Source of the DNA: an uncultured delta proteobacterium
GTDB taxonomy: Bacteria; Myxococcota; Myxococcia; Myxococcales; 40CM-4-68-19
Reading direction: 5' to 3'
Assembly: GCA_903911145.1 (NCBI GenBank)
Contig: CAIWCD010000014.1
Location: 124,001-188,000, forward strand
DNA: 64,000 bases
Part shown: piece after piece, positions 9,782-18,914 of the stretch
How positions within the stretch are numbered: the first letter of the stretch is position 1
How the letters are laid out: every line of letters starts with the position of its first letter
The notes under the pieces: model-generated
Told to the model about the DNA's origin: nothing
Databases searched by the model: none
The model's input: the letters and a program-made list of their open reading frames with translations, nothing else
Position numbers and translations under genes: made by a program

Positions 9782-10953
9782 ATCCGCGCGCGCAATATCC
9801 GATCACCGCCTACTCGCTGTGCAACGGGCTCGGGTCGAGCACGGCAGAGGTCGTTGCGGGTCTGCGTGCCGGACGAAGCGGGCTGCGGCCCTGTCCGCTC
9901 GATGTTCCCTTCGCGACCGTCTGCGGCTTCGTTCCCGGTCCGCTCGATGCGCTCCCCCCGTCGCTCGCCGGCTACGACACGCGCCAGGCCCGCCTTGCAC
10001 TCCGCGCACTCGAGGAGTTGGTGCCGCACGTCGAGTCGGCCGTGCGCCGCTGGGGCCGAGACCGTGTTGCGCTGGTCGTCGGAACCAGCACCGGCGGCAT
10101 CGAGGAGACCGAGCGCGCAACTTCAGTGCGGGCGCGCACGGGCGCGCTTCCTGCGAGCTACGATTGGAATCGCCAGCACGCCTACGCTGCGCTCCTCGAG
10201 GTCGCGCGCGTGCGCCTCAACATCGGCGGGCCCCGATTCATCGTGTCGACTGCCTGTTCCTCGAGTGGAAAAGTGTTCGGCTCGGCGCAGCGGATGCTCG
10301 ACGCGGGGCTTTGCGACGCGGTCGTCGTCGGCGGCGTCGACACTCTCTGCCAGACGACGCTGCGCGGTTTTCACAGCCTCGAACTTCTCTCGGTGGGCGC
10401 CTGCCGTCCGTTCTCCGCGGAGCGAAAAGGAATCAACGTCGGTGAAGGCGCGGCGTTTCTTCTGCTCGAGCGATCAGGTGACGCGGCGGCGTGTCTTCTC
10501 GGTGTCGGCGAGACCTCTGACGCGCATCACATGACCGCGCCGCACCCGGAAGGATTCGGCGCGCTCTCGTCGATGCAGCAAGCGCTCGCCCACGCCCAGC
10601 TTGGTCCAGAGCAGATCGATCACATCAACGCCCACGGGACCGGGACGCTTCTCAACGACGCCGCCGAGAGCCACGCCATCCGCGCGCTCTGCGGCGATCG
10701 CGTTCCCGTCGCGTCGACGAAGGGCTACACGGGGCACATGCTCGGCGCAGCGGGCGCGACGGAGGCGATCTTCAGCATCGTCGCGATCGAGCAGGGATTC
10801 ATCCCGGCCAGTCTGGGCGCGACCCCGCGCGATCCCGCGATCGGTGTTCGCATCGTCGAGGAGCCTCTCGTTCAGGCCTGTCGCGTCGTCTTGAGCAACT
10901 CGTTCGCATTCGGCGGCAGCAACGTCAGCGTCGCATTTGGAGCGCGCTCATGA
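9778..10953 (+). CDS. Beta-ketoacyl-ACP synthase (ApeO-like)
   Basis: VSTACSSSGK active Cys, INAHGTGT, GHMLGAAG, SNSFAFGGSN. Confidence 0.93.
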   Translation: MNPRAQYPITAYSLCNGLGSSTAEVVAGLRAGRSGLRPCPLDVPFATVCGFVPGPLDALPPSLAGYDTRQARLALRALEELVPHVESAVRRWGRDRVALVVGTSTGGIEETERATSVRARTGALPASYDWNRQHAYAALLEVARVRLNIGGPRFIVSTACSSSGKVFGSAQRMLDAGLCDAVVVGGVDTLCQTTLRGFHSLELLSVGACRPFSAERKGINVGEGAAFLLLERSGDAAACLLGVGETSDAHHMTAPHPEGFGALSSMQQALAHAQLGPEQIDHINAHGTGTLLNDAAESHAIRALCGDRVPVASTKGYTGHMLGAAGATEAIFSIVAIEQGFIPASLGATPRDPAIGVRIVEEPLVQACRVVLSNSFAFGGSNVSVAFGARS

Positions 10954-11708
10954 AGCCGGTCTGGGTCGCTGGGTTCGGTCTCTGGTCGACGGGATTTTCC
11001 GACGCTGCGTCCTGGATCGCGGGTGTTCCCGACGGGGCACTCGTCGAGCCTCGGGCCACGCTGATCGCTCCGCGACTCGCGCGGCGCACGAGCTTCCTCA
11101 CCCGCATGGCCGCCGAGGTTCTCGCGCAGGCGCGCGCGGGAGCAGATCTGGCGAAGGTGATGAGCGTCTACTCCAGTGCGAATGGTGAGCTGCGCACGCT
11201 CGCCGCGCTGCTCGAGATGCTGCATGGCGACGGGATCTATTCGCCGATGCGTTTTCAGAACAGCGTCCACAACACCGCAGCGGGCCACCTCTCGATCCTC
11301 ACGGCGAATCCCTGCTTCACGACGTCGCTCGCGGCTGGAACCGAGAGCGTCGCGATGGGCCTCGTCGAGTCGCTCGCGCTGCTCGAGGAGCGCGGCGGAA
11401 CTGTCATCGCTGTCTTCGCAGATGAGTCGCCCGCGGGAGAGTTCGGCCTCCCCGCGTACAACTCGCTTGCCACCGCGATCCATCTCTCGGCAGAGCAGGG
11501 CGCCTCGCGCGTTCGTCTCGAGAACCTGCGCTGCGTGCAGACGCCGATCGTGCGCCCGCCCTTGCCTGGCCTGGTCGAGAACCCCTGCGCCGCGTCGATT
11601 CCGCTCATCGAACAACTGCAGCGCGGGCAGTCGGGAACGGTGCCGGTCTCGTTCGGAGTTGCGCCGTGGGTGATCGATCTCGCGCTGCAAGCAGAGGTCT
11701 CGCGATGA
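10950..11708 (+). CDS. Beta-ketoacyl synthase chain-length factor (ApeC-like)
   Basis: RLARRTS, SPMRFQNSVHNTAAG motif, no catalytic Cys/His, 252 aa. Confidence 0.85.
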   Translation: MKPVWVAGFGLWSTGFSDAASWIAGVPDGALVEPRATLIAPRLARRTSFLTRMAAEVLAQARAGADLAKVMSVYSSANGELRTLAALLEMLHGDGIYSPMRFQNSVHNTAAGHLSILTANPCFTTSLAAGTESVAMGLVESLALLEERGGTVIAVFADESPAGEFGLPAYNSLATAIHLSAEQGASRVRLENLRCVQTPIVRPPLPGLVENPCAASIPLIEQLQRGQSGTVPVSFGVAPWVIDLALQAEVSR

Positions 11709-12136
11709 ACAAGCCCTATCCGCCAGTGTCCGAACTGCTTCCGCACAAGGCGCCGATGATCCTCATAGATGAGATCCTCGAGCTCACCGAGACGGCCGTG
11801 CGCTCGCGCGTTTTGCTGACTGATCAGTCACCATTCGTGGAGGACGGCGCAGTGCCGTCGCTGGTGAGCATCGAGTACATGGCGCAGAGCATCGCGGCCT
11901 TTGCTGGCGCAACGCGCAGGGAGAAAGGCGAGGCGGTGATTCGCGGTTATCTGATCGCCTGCCGCGAGATGACGATGGCGGTCGAGTCGCTCGCGGTCGG
12001 GGACGAACTCGAGGTCGTCGCTACGCAGGTCTGGCACGACGAGAAGCTGGGCAATTTCGATTGCTCGGTGACGCGGCGAGGTGAGACAGTCTCGCGCGCG
12101 TGGCTGAGCGTGTACCAGGGTGATCTCGAACTTTGA
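11705..12136 (+). CDS. Hotdog 3-hydroxyacyl-ACP dehydratase (ApeP-like)
   Basis: LLPHKAPMILID and IEYMAQSIAA motifs. Confidence 0.88.
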   Translation: MNKPYPPVSELLPHKAPMILIDEILELTETAVRSRVLLTDQSPFVEDGAVPSLVSIEYMAQSIAAFAGATRREKGEAVIRGYLIACREMTMAVESLAVGDELEVVATQVWHDEKLGNFDCSVTRRGETVSRAWLSVYQGDLEL

Positions 12137-12873
12137 GCGGGGCAGCGAGAGTGAACGTCAGAGCGCTGATCACGGGAGGGAGCCGCGGCATCGGAGCGGC
12201 CATCGCCGATGCGCTCGCCGCGCAGGGCCATCCGATCGTCCTCAACTATCGTGAGAACCACGCGGCTGCGCAGGCCGTGAAGGCGCGCATTGAAGCTGCT
12301 GGCGGAGAGGTTTCACTTCTGCCGTTCGATGTTGCGGACCGCGCGGGGAGCGGTCGCGCGCTCGCATCGGTGCTCGAAGATCCGCGTCCGCTCGGCATCC
12401 TCGTCAACAACGCCGGCCTCGTCCGCGACGCAGCGTTCCCCGCCCTCGAGCCCGAAGATTGGGACCTCGTCACGCGCACAACGCTCGACGGTTTCTACAA
12501 CGTCACCCGTCCGCTGGTGATGCACATGGTCCATCACAAGTGGGGCCGCATCATCAACATCAGCTCCGTCTCCGGCGTGACCGGAATGCGCGGGCAGGTG
12601 AACTATTCGGCCGCGAAGGCAGGGCTCATCGGCGCGACCAAGGCGCTCGCGCAGGAGCTCGCCAAGCGCAACATCACGGTCAACGCAGTCGCGCCCGGCT
12701 TGATCGAGACCGACATGATCGCCGGCGTGCCGCTCGATCACGCGCTGCCGCTGATCCCGATGAAGCGTCTCGGGCAGCCGCAGGAAGTCGCCGCGGTGGT
12801 CGCGTTTCTCGCCAGCCGCGCTGCCTCGTACGTGACCGGGCAGGTGATCGGCGTGAACGGTGGACTCATATGA
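12133..12873 (+). CDS. fabG: 3-oxoacyl-ACP reductase (ApeQ-like SDR)
   Basis: TGGSRGIG, VNNAG, YSAAK, APGLIETDM; start may be GTG 12151. Confidence 0.93.
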   Translation: MSGAARVNVRALITGGSRGIGAAIADALAAQGHPIVLNYRENHAAAQAVKARIEAAGGEVSLLPFDVADRAGSGRALASVLEDPRPLGILVNNAGLVRDAAFPALEPEDWDLVTRTTLDGFYNVTRPLVMHMVHHKWGRIINISSVSGVTGMRGQVNYSAAKAGLIGATKALAQELAKRNITVNAVAPGLIETDMIAGVPLDHALPLIPMKRLGQPQEVAAVVAFLASRAASYVTGQVIGVNGGLI

Positions 12874-14096
12874 ACGGTCGCCGCGTCGTCATCACGGGGA
12901 TCGGGCTCGCGAGCCCGATCGGCAACTCTCTCGACGAGGTCTCGGCCGCGCTGCAGGCGGGTCGGCACGGGATCGTTCCGCAGCCGCAGTGGGACGCGTA
13001 CGGCGATCTCTCGACGCGTCTCGCGGGTCCTGTGCGCGGGGTCGAGTTCGCCAACTATCCGCGCAAGATGACGCGCACGATGGGGCGCGTCGGCCTGCTC
13101 TCGATGTTCGCGTCCGACGCCGCGGTCGCCGACGCCGGACTCAGCGAGAACGAGTTGACGTCGGGCGAGATCGGTCTTGCCTACGGCTCGACGCACGGCT
13201 CGAGCAGCGAGCTTGAGCAGTGGTGCCGCACGCTCTTCAAGAACGAGAGCTTCAAGGGGATCGCCGCCACGTCCTACTTGAAGTTCATGAGCCACACTGG
13301 AGCTGCGAATCTCGGCATGCACTTCGGAATTCGCGGCCGCATCATCACGACCTGCTCCGCGTGCGTGAGCTCGAGCCAGGCGATCGGCTACGGGTACGAA
13401 GCGATCAAGCACGGCCAGCAGGAGGCGATGATCTGCGGCGGCGCGGAGGAGCTGCACGTCACGCACGCCGGCGTCTTCGACATCATGTACGCCACCTCGG
13501 TTGGCTACAACGACCGGCCCGACCTGAGCCCGCGGCCGTTCGACATCAAGCGTGACGGCCTCGTCATCGGCGAAGGCGCAGGCACGGTCGTCCTCGAATC
13601 CTACGAGCGTGCGAAGGCGCGCGGCGCGAAGATCTACGCAGAGGTGATCGGCTTCGGCACCAACTGCGACGGCACGCACATGACCAATCCGTCCGCGGAA
13701 GGAATGGCCGGCGCGATTCGTCTCTGCCTGAAGGACGCGCAGCTGACGGGAGCGATCGACTACATCAACGGCCACGGCACGGCGACCGAGCTCGGCGACA
13801 TTGCAGAGAGCACCGCGACGCACCAGGTGCTCGGCGATGCGATCCCGTTCAGCTCCACCAAGAGCTACACGGGCCACACTCTCGGCGCGTGCGGCTCCCT
13901 CGAGGTGGCGTTCAGCATCGCGATGATGCGCGATGGATTCCTCGCGCCGACGCGCAATCTCGACGCGGTCGATCCGCGCTGCGCGCCGATCAACTACCTG
14001 CGCGATGGAGTGCGCAGCGCCAAGCCGACAACGATCATGAGCAACAATTTCGCCTTTGGCGGAATCAATACGTCGCTGCTGCTGCGCGCGGTGTAG
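12870..14096 (+). CDS. Beta-ketoacyl-ACP synthase, FabF-like (ApeR-like)
   Basis: RRVVITGIG, TCSACVSSSQ, INGHGTAT, GHTLGACG, NNFAFGGIN. Confidence 0.94.
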   Translation: MNGRRVVITGIGLASPIGNSLDEVSAALQAGRHGIVPQPQWDAYGDLSTRLAGPVRGVEFANYPRKMTRTMGRVGLLSMFASDAAVADAGLSENELTSGEIGLAYGSTHGSSSELEQWCRTLFKNESFKGIAATSYLKFMSHTGAANLGMHFGIRGRIITTCSACVSSSQAIGYGYEAIKHGQQEAMICGGAEELHVTHAGVFDIMYATSVGYNDRPDLSPRPFDIKRDGLVIGEGAGTVVLESYERAKARGAKIYAEVIGFGTNCDGTHMTNPSAEGMAGAIRLCLKDAQLTGAIDYINGHGTATELGDIAESTATHQVLGDAIPFSSTKSYTGHTLGACGSLEVAFSIAMMRDGFLAPTRNLDAVDPRCAPINYLRDGVRSAKPTTIMSNNFAFGGINTSLLLRAV

Positions 14097-14136
14097 CGAC
14101 GCCCCCTGGCCGCTGCGCCAGAGAGAGAGAACGAAC

Positions 14137-15354
14137 ATGGCGCTCCCGTCTTCGTGCGACGTGCTGGTCATCGGCGCTGGCCCCGCGGGTTCGACATCGG
14201 CTGCGCTGCTGCAGCAGGCCGGCTACTCCGCAGTCGTCGTCGAGAAGCAGAAGTTCCCGCGCTTCGTCATCGGCGAGAGCCTGCTGCCGCACTGCATGGA
14301 TCTGCTCGACGAGGCGAAGCTGCTCGACGCGGTCCGGGCGCGCAACTTCATCGTCAAGAGGGGCGCGCTCTTCCTGCGCGGCGACGAGCGGGCCGATTTC
14401 AATTTCGCCGAGCAGTTCACCAAGGGTTGGGATCACACCTGGCAGGTTCCGCGCGCCGACTTCGACAAGACGTTGGCCGATGCAGTGGAAGCGCGGGGCG
14501 TGCCGATCGCCTATGAGCACGAGGTCATCGCCGCGGATTTCAGCGGCGCGCCGAAGGTTACGATCGCCGACGCGCGCGGCAAGCAGCAGACCATCACGAG
14601 CCGTTTCGTGATCGATGCGAGCGGCTATGGGCGCGTGCTTCCCCGTCTGCTCGATCTCGAAGTCCCGTCGACGCTGCCTCCGCGCAAAGCGGTCTTCACT
14701 CACCTGCGCGGAGACAAACGCGACGGCGGCCCTGAGCAGAATCGCATCTGGATCGTCACTGTCGCTCCCGGCGGCTGGGTCTGGATCATCCCCTTCAGCG
14801 ACGGCACGACGTCGTTCGGCATCGTTGGCGGCCCCGAGGTCTTTGCCAATCTGCCGACCGATCACGTCGAGTGTCTGCGCACGTTGATCGCGAGCGACAA
14901 GAACTTCAATCGCCTGCGCGAGACGGAGTTCATCTTCGAGCCGCGTGTCATCGGTGGATACTCCTGCTCGGTGAAACAGTTGCACGGCCCCGGCTACTGC
15001 CTGGTCGGCAACGCGACCGAATTTCTCGACCCGGTCTTCTCCTCGGGCGTCACCCTCGCGCTCGAATCGGCGAACCGCGCGAGCAACACGCTCATCCGCC
15101 AGCTGCGCGGCGAGGCGGTGGATTGGGCCGTCGACTACGCGAGCTACATGGCGCGCGGCATCGACGTCTTCCGCACCTTCGTGATGGCCTGGTACGAGGG
15201 GACGCTACCGAAGATCATCTTCCAGCCGCGTTCGTCGGATTCGATCCGCCGGATGATCTGCTCGGTGCTCGCGGGCTACGTCTGGGATGAGAGCAATCCC
15301 TTCGTCGCGCAGCACCAGCGCAAGGTCGCGCAGGTCGCGCGTCTCGAAGCGTAG
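14137..15354 (+). CDS. FAD-dependent oxidoreductase of the flavin-dependent halogenase family
   Basis: GAGPAG, FPRFVIGESL, VKRGA, WVWIIP (WxWxIP), FLDPVFSSGV. Confidence 0.85.
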   Translation: MALPSSCDVLVIGAGPAGSTSAALLQQAGYSAVVVEKQKFPRFVIGESLLPHCMDLLDEAKLLDAVRARNFIVKRGALFLRGDERADFNFAEQFTKGWDHTWQVPRADFDKTLADAVEARGVPIAYEHEVIAADFSGAPKVTIADARGKQQTITSRFVIDASGYGRVLPRLLDLEVPSTLPPRKAVFTHLRGDKRDGGPEQNRIWIVTVAPGGWVWIIPFSDGTTSFGIVGGPEVFANLPTDHVECLRTLIASDKNFNRLRETEFIFEPRVIGGYSCSVKQLHGPGYCLVGNATEFLDPVFSSGVTLALESANRASNTLIRQLRGEAVDWAVDYASYMARGIDVFRTFVMAWYEGTLPKIIFQPRSSDSIRRMICSVLAGYVWDESNPFVAQHQRKVAQVARLEA

Positions 15355-15366
15355 GAACGCTCCCAC

Positions 15367-17589
15367 GTGCGGCTGCGCAGACGATCGATCGCGCCGCTGC
15401 TCCTCTGCGCTGCTCTTTCGGCAGCGCTTCGCGCAGAGCAAAGTGGGCCTGCGCCAACTGCGATCGCGGATGCAACGGCGAGCGTGGATGCGGGAAGCGC
15501 CATCGCGGCGTCGCTTCCTGGCGATGCTGGACCGTCCGATGATCCGGATGACGACGCGGTGGATGCGGGCCTCCCGACCGCGCCAGGCTTGAGCGCGAGC
15601 GTCGTCGGAGATCGTCTGCTGCCGAAGCTGCCGAGCGTCGACAAGAGCCCCGACGTGGGCCGCTACGAAGTGACGCGCGCAGATCTCAACCGCACGCCTG
15701 GCGCGATGGAGGACATCACGCGCGTCGTTGCGAACCTTCCCGGCGTCGTCGCCGATCCCGACCTGCTCGCGACACTCTTCGTTCGCGGCGGCGGCCCCGA
15801 TGAGCTCGGCGAATATCTCGACGGCGTCCCGCTCGATAATCCATTTCACCTCGGCGGCTTCGCCAGCGTCTTCAATCCGATGCTCATCGAGTCGGCCGAT
15901 CTCTCCGTCGGCGTGACGCCCGCGCGCTACGATCCGTCGCTCTCCGGCGCACTCGACGTGCACTACGCGACAGGTGAAACGGAGAAGTTCCACGCGCAGG
16001 CCGACCTCTCGATTCAAAGCGCGAAGGCGCTCATCGATACGCCGACCGGAATCGACGGTCTCTCTGTCGAGCTCTCCGCGCGCCGCACCTTCTTCGAACT
16101 CTACTTCGCCGCGATGCAGGCGCTCGGTGTCGTCGGGTCCAACTTCGTCGCGCCCGAGCTCACCGAGTACTTCGCGCGCGTCCATTACAAGCGCGGTCGC
16201 CATCGCATCTCGTTGAGCTACATGCGTACGTCTGACGGTTTCGCCGTGCTCGCCGCGAAGGGGAGCGACTCGTCTCTCTTCGGCTTCAGTGGCGGCGTCG
16301 CGCTCTCGGACATCCTCCAGCTCGGGTCGCTGCAGGACGTGATCGATCTCGGCCGATCGCGCGAACTCAAGCTCACCGCGGCTTTCACGCACGACGCCGA
16401 TTCGACGTCGGTCTCCGGCGACACCATCTTCCAGAGCCGCGTTGCCCGCTTCGAAGCGCTCGCGAGCGCGGATCTCACGCTGCCGTTCAGCGATGAGCAT
16501 CGCCTCCGCATCGGCGCCCAGTTGCGTCGACAGAGCTACACGTTCACCGGAGAGATCCCCGATGCGCGCGGCGTTCCGCCCTGGGCCGCACTTCCGCTCG
16601 TGAGCACAGGCGAGCCGTCGCTGCTGGTCAATCCGCGCATCTTCCGCACCGTCGCGGCTGTCTACGCCGAGGAGATGATCCGTCCGTGGTCGCCGCTCGC
16701 GCTTGAACTCGGCGGCCGCTTCGAGTCGATCACGCACGCGCACTCGATCTATTCGTTGCGCCTCGCCGCGTCGGTCGCGCTTCCCTCGACGACAGTGGTG
16801 AAGCTCGAGGCGGGCCTGGCGACGCAGCAAGTGAGCAACCCGCTGCTGCTCGATCCCGTCTACGGCAATGCGAATCTTCTCCCCGAGAGATCGCGCCAGC
16901 TCGTGCTCGGAGTCGAGCAGCCGCTGCCCTTTCGCGCGCTCCTGCGGGTCGAGGGATATGGCAAATGGCTCGACGATCTCGTAGTCAACCCCGACACCGA
17001 CGCAGGCGTCTCTTCGCTTCTTGCGGCCGGCCAGCCCGCGTATCAGAACCGCGGCACGGGAACCGCACGAGGCGTCGATCTCCTCTTCGTCGGCCGCACC
17101 GATCTCTTCTCCTACGGCCTGTCCGCGGGTCTGCTCTTCGCCGATCGGACCAACCCACTCGCGAGCGGTGTGCAGAGCTACGCGGCGCCGTGGGATCAGC
17201 GCTTCACCGCGTCGGCCAACGTCTCGACGACGATCTTCGATGCGTGGCTCTTGAGCGCGCGCGCGACGTTCCACACGGGCCGCCCGACGACTGCGGTGGA
17301 GTCATTCACGCGCGACGACACCAACCAGCGATATCTCCCTGTCTTCGGCGCGACCAACGGTGAGCGATATCCAAACTACTTCGACGCCTCGATCCGCGCG
17401 GAGCGGCGCTTCACCGCGTGGGGCATCAAATGCGCGTGGTATGCGGAACTGCTCAACGTCACCAACACGCAGAACGTCTTTCTCTACGTCTACGGCAGCG
17501 GCAACTACGCGAACTCAACGGCGCCGACGCTCGGGACGTTCAATCACCTTCCCATCCGGCCATTCTTTGGAATCCGCGGCGAATACTGA
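15367..17589 (+). CDS. TonB-dependent receptor (plug plus beta-barrel)
   Basis: Signal peptide, D/A/G-rich linker, plug motifs NLPGV, FVRGGG, YLDGVPL, HLGG; barrel motifs LLPERS, NVTNTQN; C-terminal GIRGEY. Confidence 0.88.
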   Translation: MRLRRRSIAPLLLCAALSAALRAEQSGPAPTAIADATASVDAGSAIAASLPGDAGPSDDPDDDAVDAGLPTAPGLSASVVGDRLLPKLPSVDKSPDVGRYEVTRADLNRTPGAMEDITRVVANLPGVVADPDLLATLFVRGGGPDELGEYLDGVPLDNPFHLGGFASVFNPMLIESADLSVGVTPARYDPSLSGALDVHYATGETEKFHAQADLSIQSAKALIDTPTGIDGLSVELSARRTFFELYFAAMQALGVVGSNFVAPELTEYFARVHYKRGRHRISLSYMRTSDGFAVLAAKGSDSSLFGFSGGVALSDILQLGSLQDVIDLGRSRELKLTAAFTHDADSTSVSGDTIFQSRVARFEALASADLTLPFSDEHRLRIGAQLRRQSYTFTGEIPDARGVPPWAALPLVSTGEPSLLVNPRIFRTVAAVYAEEMIRPWSPLALELGGRFESITHAHSIYSLRLAASVALPSTTVVKLEAGLATQQVSNPLLLDPVYGNANLLPERSRQLVLGVEQPLPFRALLRVEGYGKWLDDLVVNPDTDAGVSSLLAAGQPAYQNRGTGTARGVDLLFVGRTDLFSYGLSAGLLFADRTNPLASGVQSYAAPWDQRFTASANVSTTIFDAWLLSARATFHTGRPTTAVESFTRDDTNQRYLPVFGATNGERYPNYFDASIRAERRFTAWGIKCAWYAELLNVTNTQNVFLYVYGSGNYANSTAPTLGTFNHLPIRPFFGIRGEY

Positions 17590-18100
17590 AGCGCGCACGA
17601 ACCTCTCGCAGAGGCTCATCGCCCATGCGCGCGCGCGCGTGGAGCAGCTCAAGAGCGAGCATGCGTCGCCTGCGCGGCTCGGCTGGGCGATCTTCGTCGG
17701 CGTGATGTGCGGCTGCAGCCCGCTGCTCGGAGTTCAGTTTCTCGCCGCGCTCGCGCTCGCCTGGATCTTCCGGCTCAACAAGCTCGCGGTGATGATCGGC
17801 TTGCAGATCTCCGCGCCGCCGCTGACGCCGTTCTTCATCGCGGCAGAGCTCGAACTTGGCGAACTGCTCCGGCACGGCCATCTCTTGACGCTCTCGTTCG
17901 CGCAGCTGCGCGCGATGCCGACGCGCGATCTCCTGCGGCTCTTCTTCGTCGACCTCACGGTTGGCGGCGTGACAGCGGGCCTCGTGCTCGGAGCCTTGCT
18001 GGGCGCGGCCGCGAGCCGATTCATCCGCAATCGCCGCGCGCGCGAAATCGACTCCGCGCGTGCACCCGCATCGACTACGCCAGCAGCTCCTCGAGAGTGA
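17567..18100 (+). CDS. DUF2062-family membrane protein
   Basis: SPARLGWAIFVGV..SPLLG..FRLNK..ISAPPLTP pattern; start uncertain (TTG 17567 or GTG 17639). Confidence 0.78.
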   Translation: MESAANTEARTNLSQRLIAHARARVEQLKSEHASPARLGWAIFVGVMCGCSPLLGVQFLAALALAWIFRLNKLAVMIGLQISAPPLTPFFIAAELELGELLRHGHLLTLSFAQLRAMPTRDLLRLFFVDLTVGGVTAGLVLGALLGAAASRFIRNRRAREIDSARAPASTTPAAPRE

Positions 18101-18914
18101 CCGAGCGCAGGTCGCGCTCCGCAAGCAGGTCGAGCAGGCGTGGCAACAGCTGCGCAGCGATCGACACGCGACCGCCTTGCACGGCCCCATCGTGAAGCAC
18201 CAGAACCGCGCCAGGCTTGAGCGCGCGCGTCAGGCGGAGAAGTGCATCGTCGATCGTTCTCGACGCAACTCCATCGCGCGCCGTGCCGCTCCAGCCGGCG
18301 AGGTCGAGCCCCGCGAGTTCCGCTGCTGCAGCGATGTTCGGAGAGAGGATCCCGACCGGCGGGCGAAACCAGCGCGGTCTCTTTCCGCAGCGCGACTCAA
18401 TCAGCGCGCTCGTCCGCTCGAGCTCCGCGGCGAGGTGCGTCGGGTTCATGAACGGCGTCAGGTAGGAGTGGAACCACGAGTGGTTTTCAACGGCGTGCCC
18501 GCGCTGGGCGATCTCGGCGAGCAGCGCAGGGTCGCGCTCGGCAGTGGCGCCGACGACAAAGAAGGTCGCGCGATGTCCTCGCGCCTCGAGGACGTCGAGG
18601 ATGCTGCGCGTCTGCGCTCCGCTCGGCCCATCGTCGAACGTGAGAGCGATCTCCTGACGCGTCGTGTTCGCCGAGAGCAGCGGGCGGGCGAAAACGCCGC
18701 TCGGCAGCCAGAAGACTCCCAGCGAAATAAGGCTGATCAGGCTGAGCAGCACGAGGCTCGCAAGCGCGGGCGAGACAGCGACGCCGAGCAGCGCGAGCAG
18801 GCCCAGCGCGGCACCGGCGCTGCTCAAGAGAACCAGCGCGATCTGTCCGCGCGATGAAGCGCGCTGCGCGAACTCTCCGTTTGGAACGACGCTAGAAGCG
18901 GAAGAGCGCGCCAC
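18075..18914 (-). CDS. Polysaccharide deacetylase (NodB/CE4) with N-terminal TM segments
   Basis: ALTFDDGP, ATFFVVG, NHSWFH, FRPPVG, LVLHDG; GTG start with GGAG RBS inferred. Confidence 0.88.
   Translation of the reverse strand: MARSSASSVVPNGEFAQRASSRGQIALVLLSSAGAALGLLALLGVAVSPALASLVLLSLISLISLGVFWLPSGVFARPLLSANTTRQEIALTFDDGPSGAQTRSILDVLEARGHRATFFVVGATAERDPALLAEIAQRGHAVENHSWFHSYLTPFMNPTHLAAELERTSALIESRCGKRPRWFRPPVGILSPNIAAAAELAGLDLAGWSGTARDGVASRTIDDALLRLTRALKPGAVLVLHDGAVQGGRVSIAAQLLPRLLDLLAERDLRSVTLEELLA

Noticed and set aside
14120..14131. (GA)n tract before the halogenase-like gene as a phase-variation site
   Set aside because: Only about five units; better explained as a purine-rich ribosome-binding region
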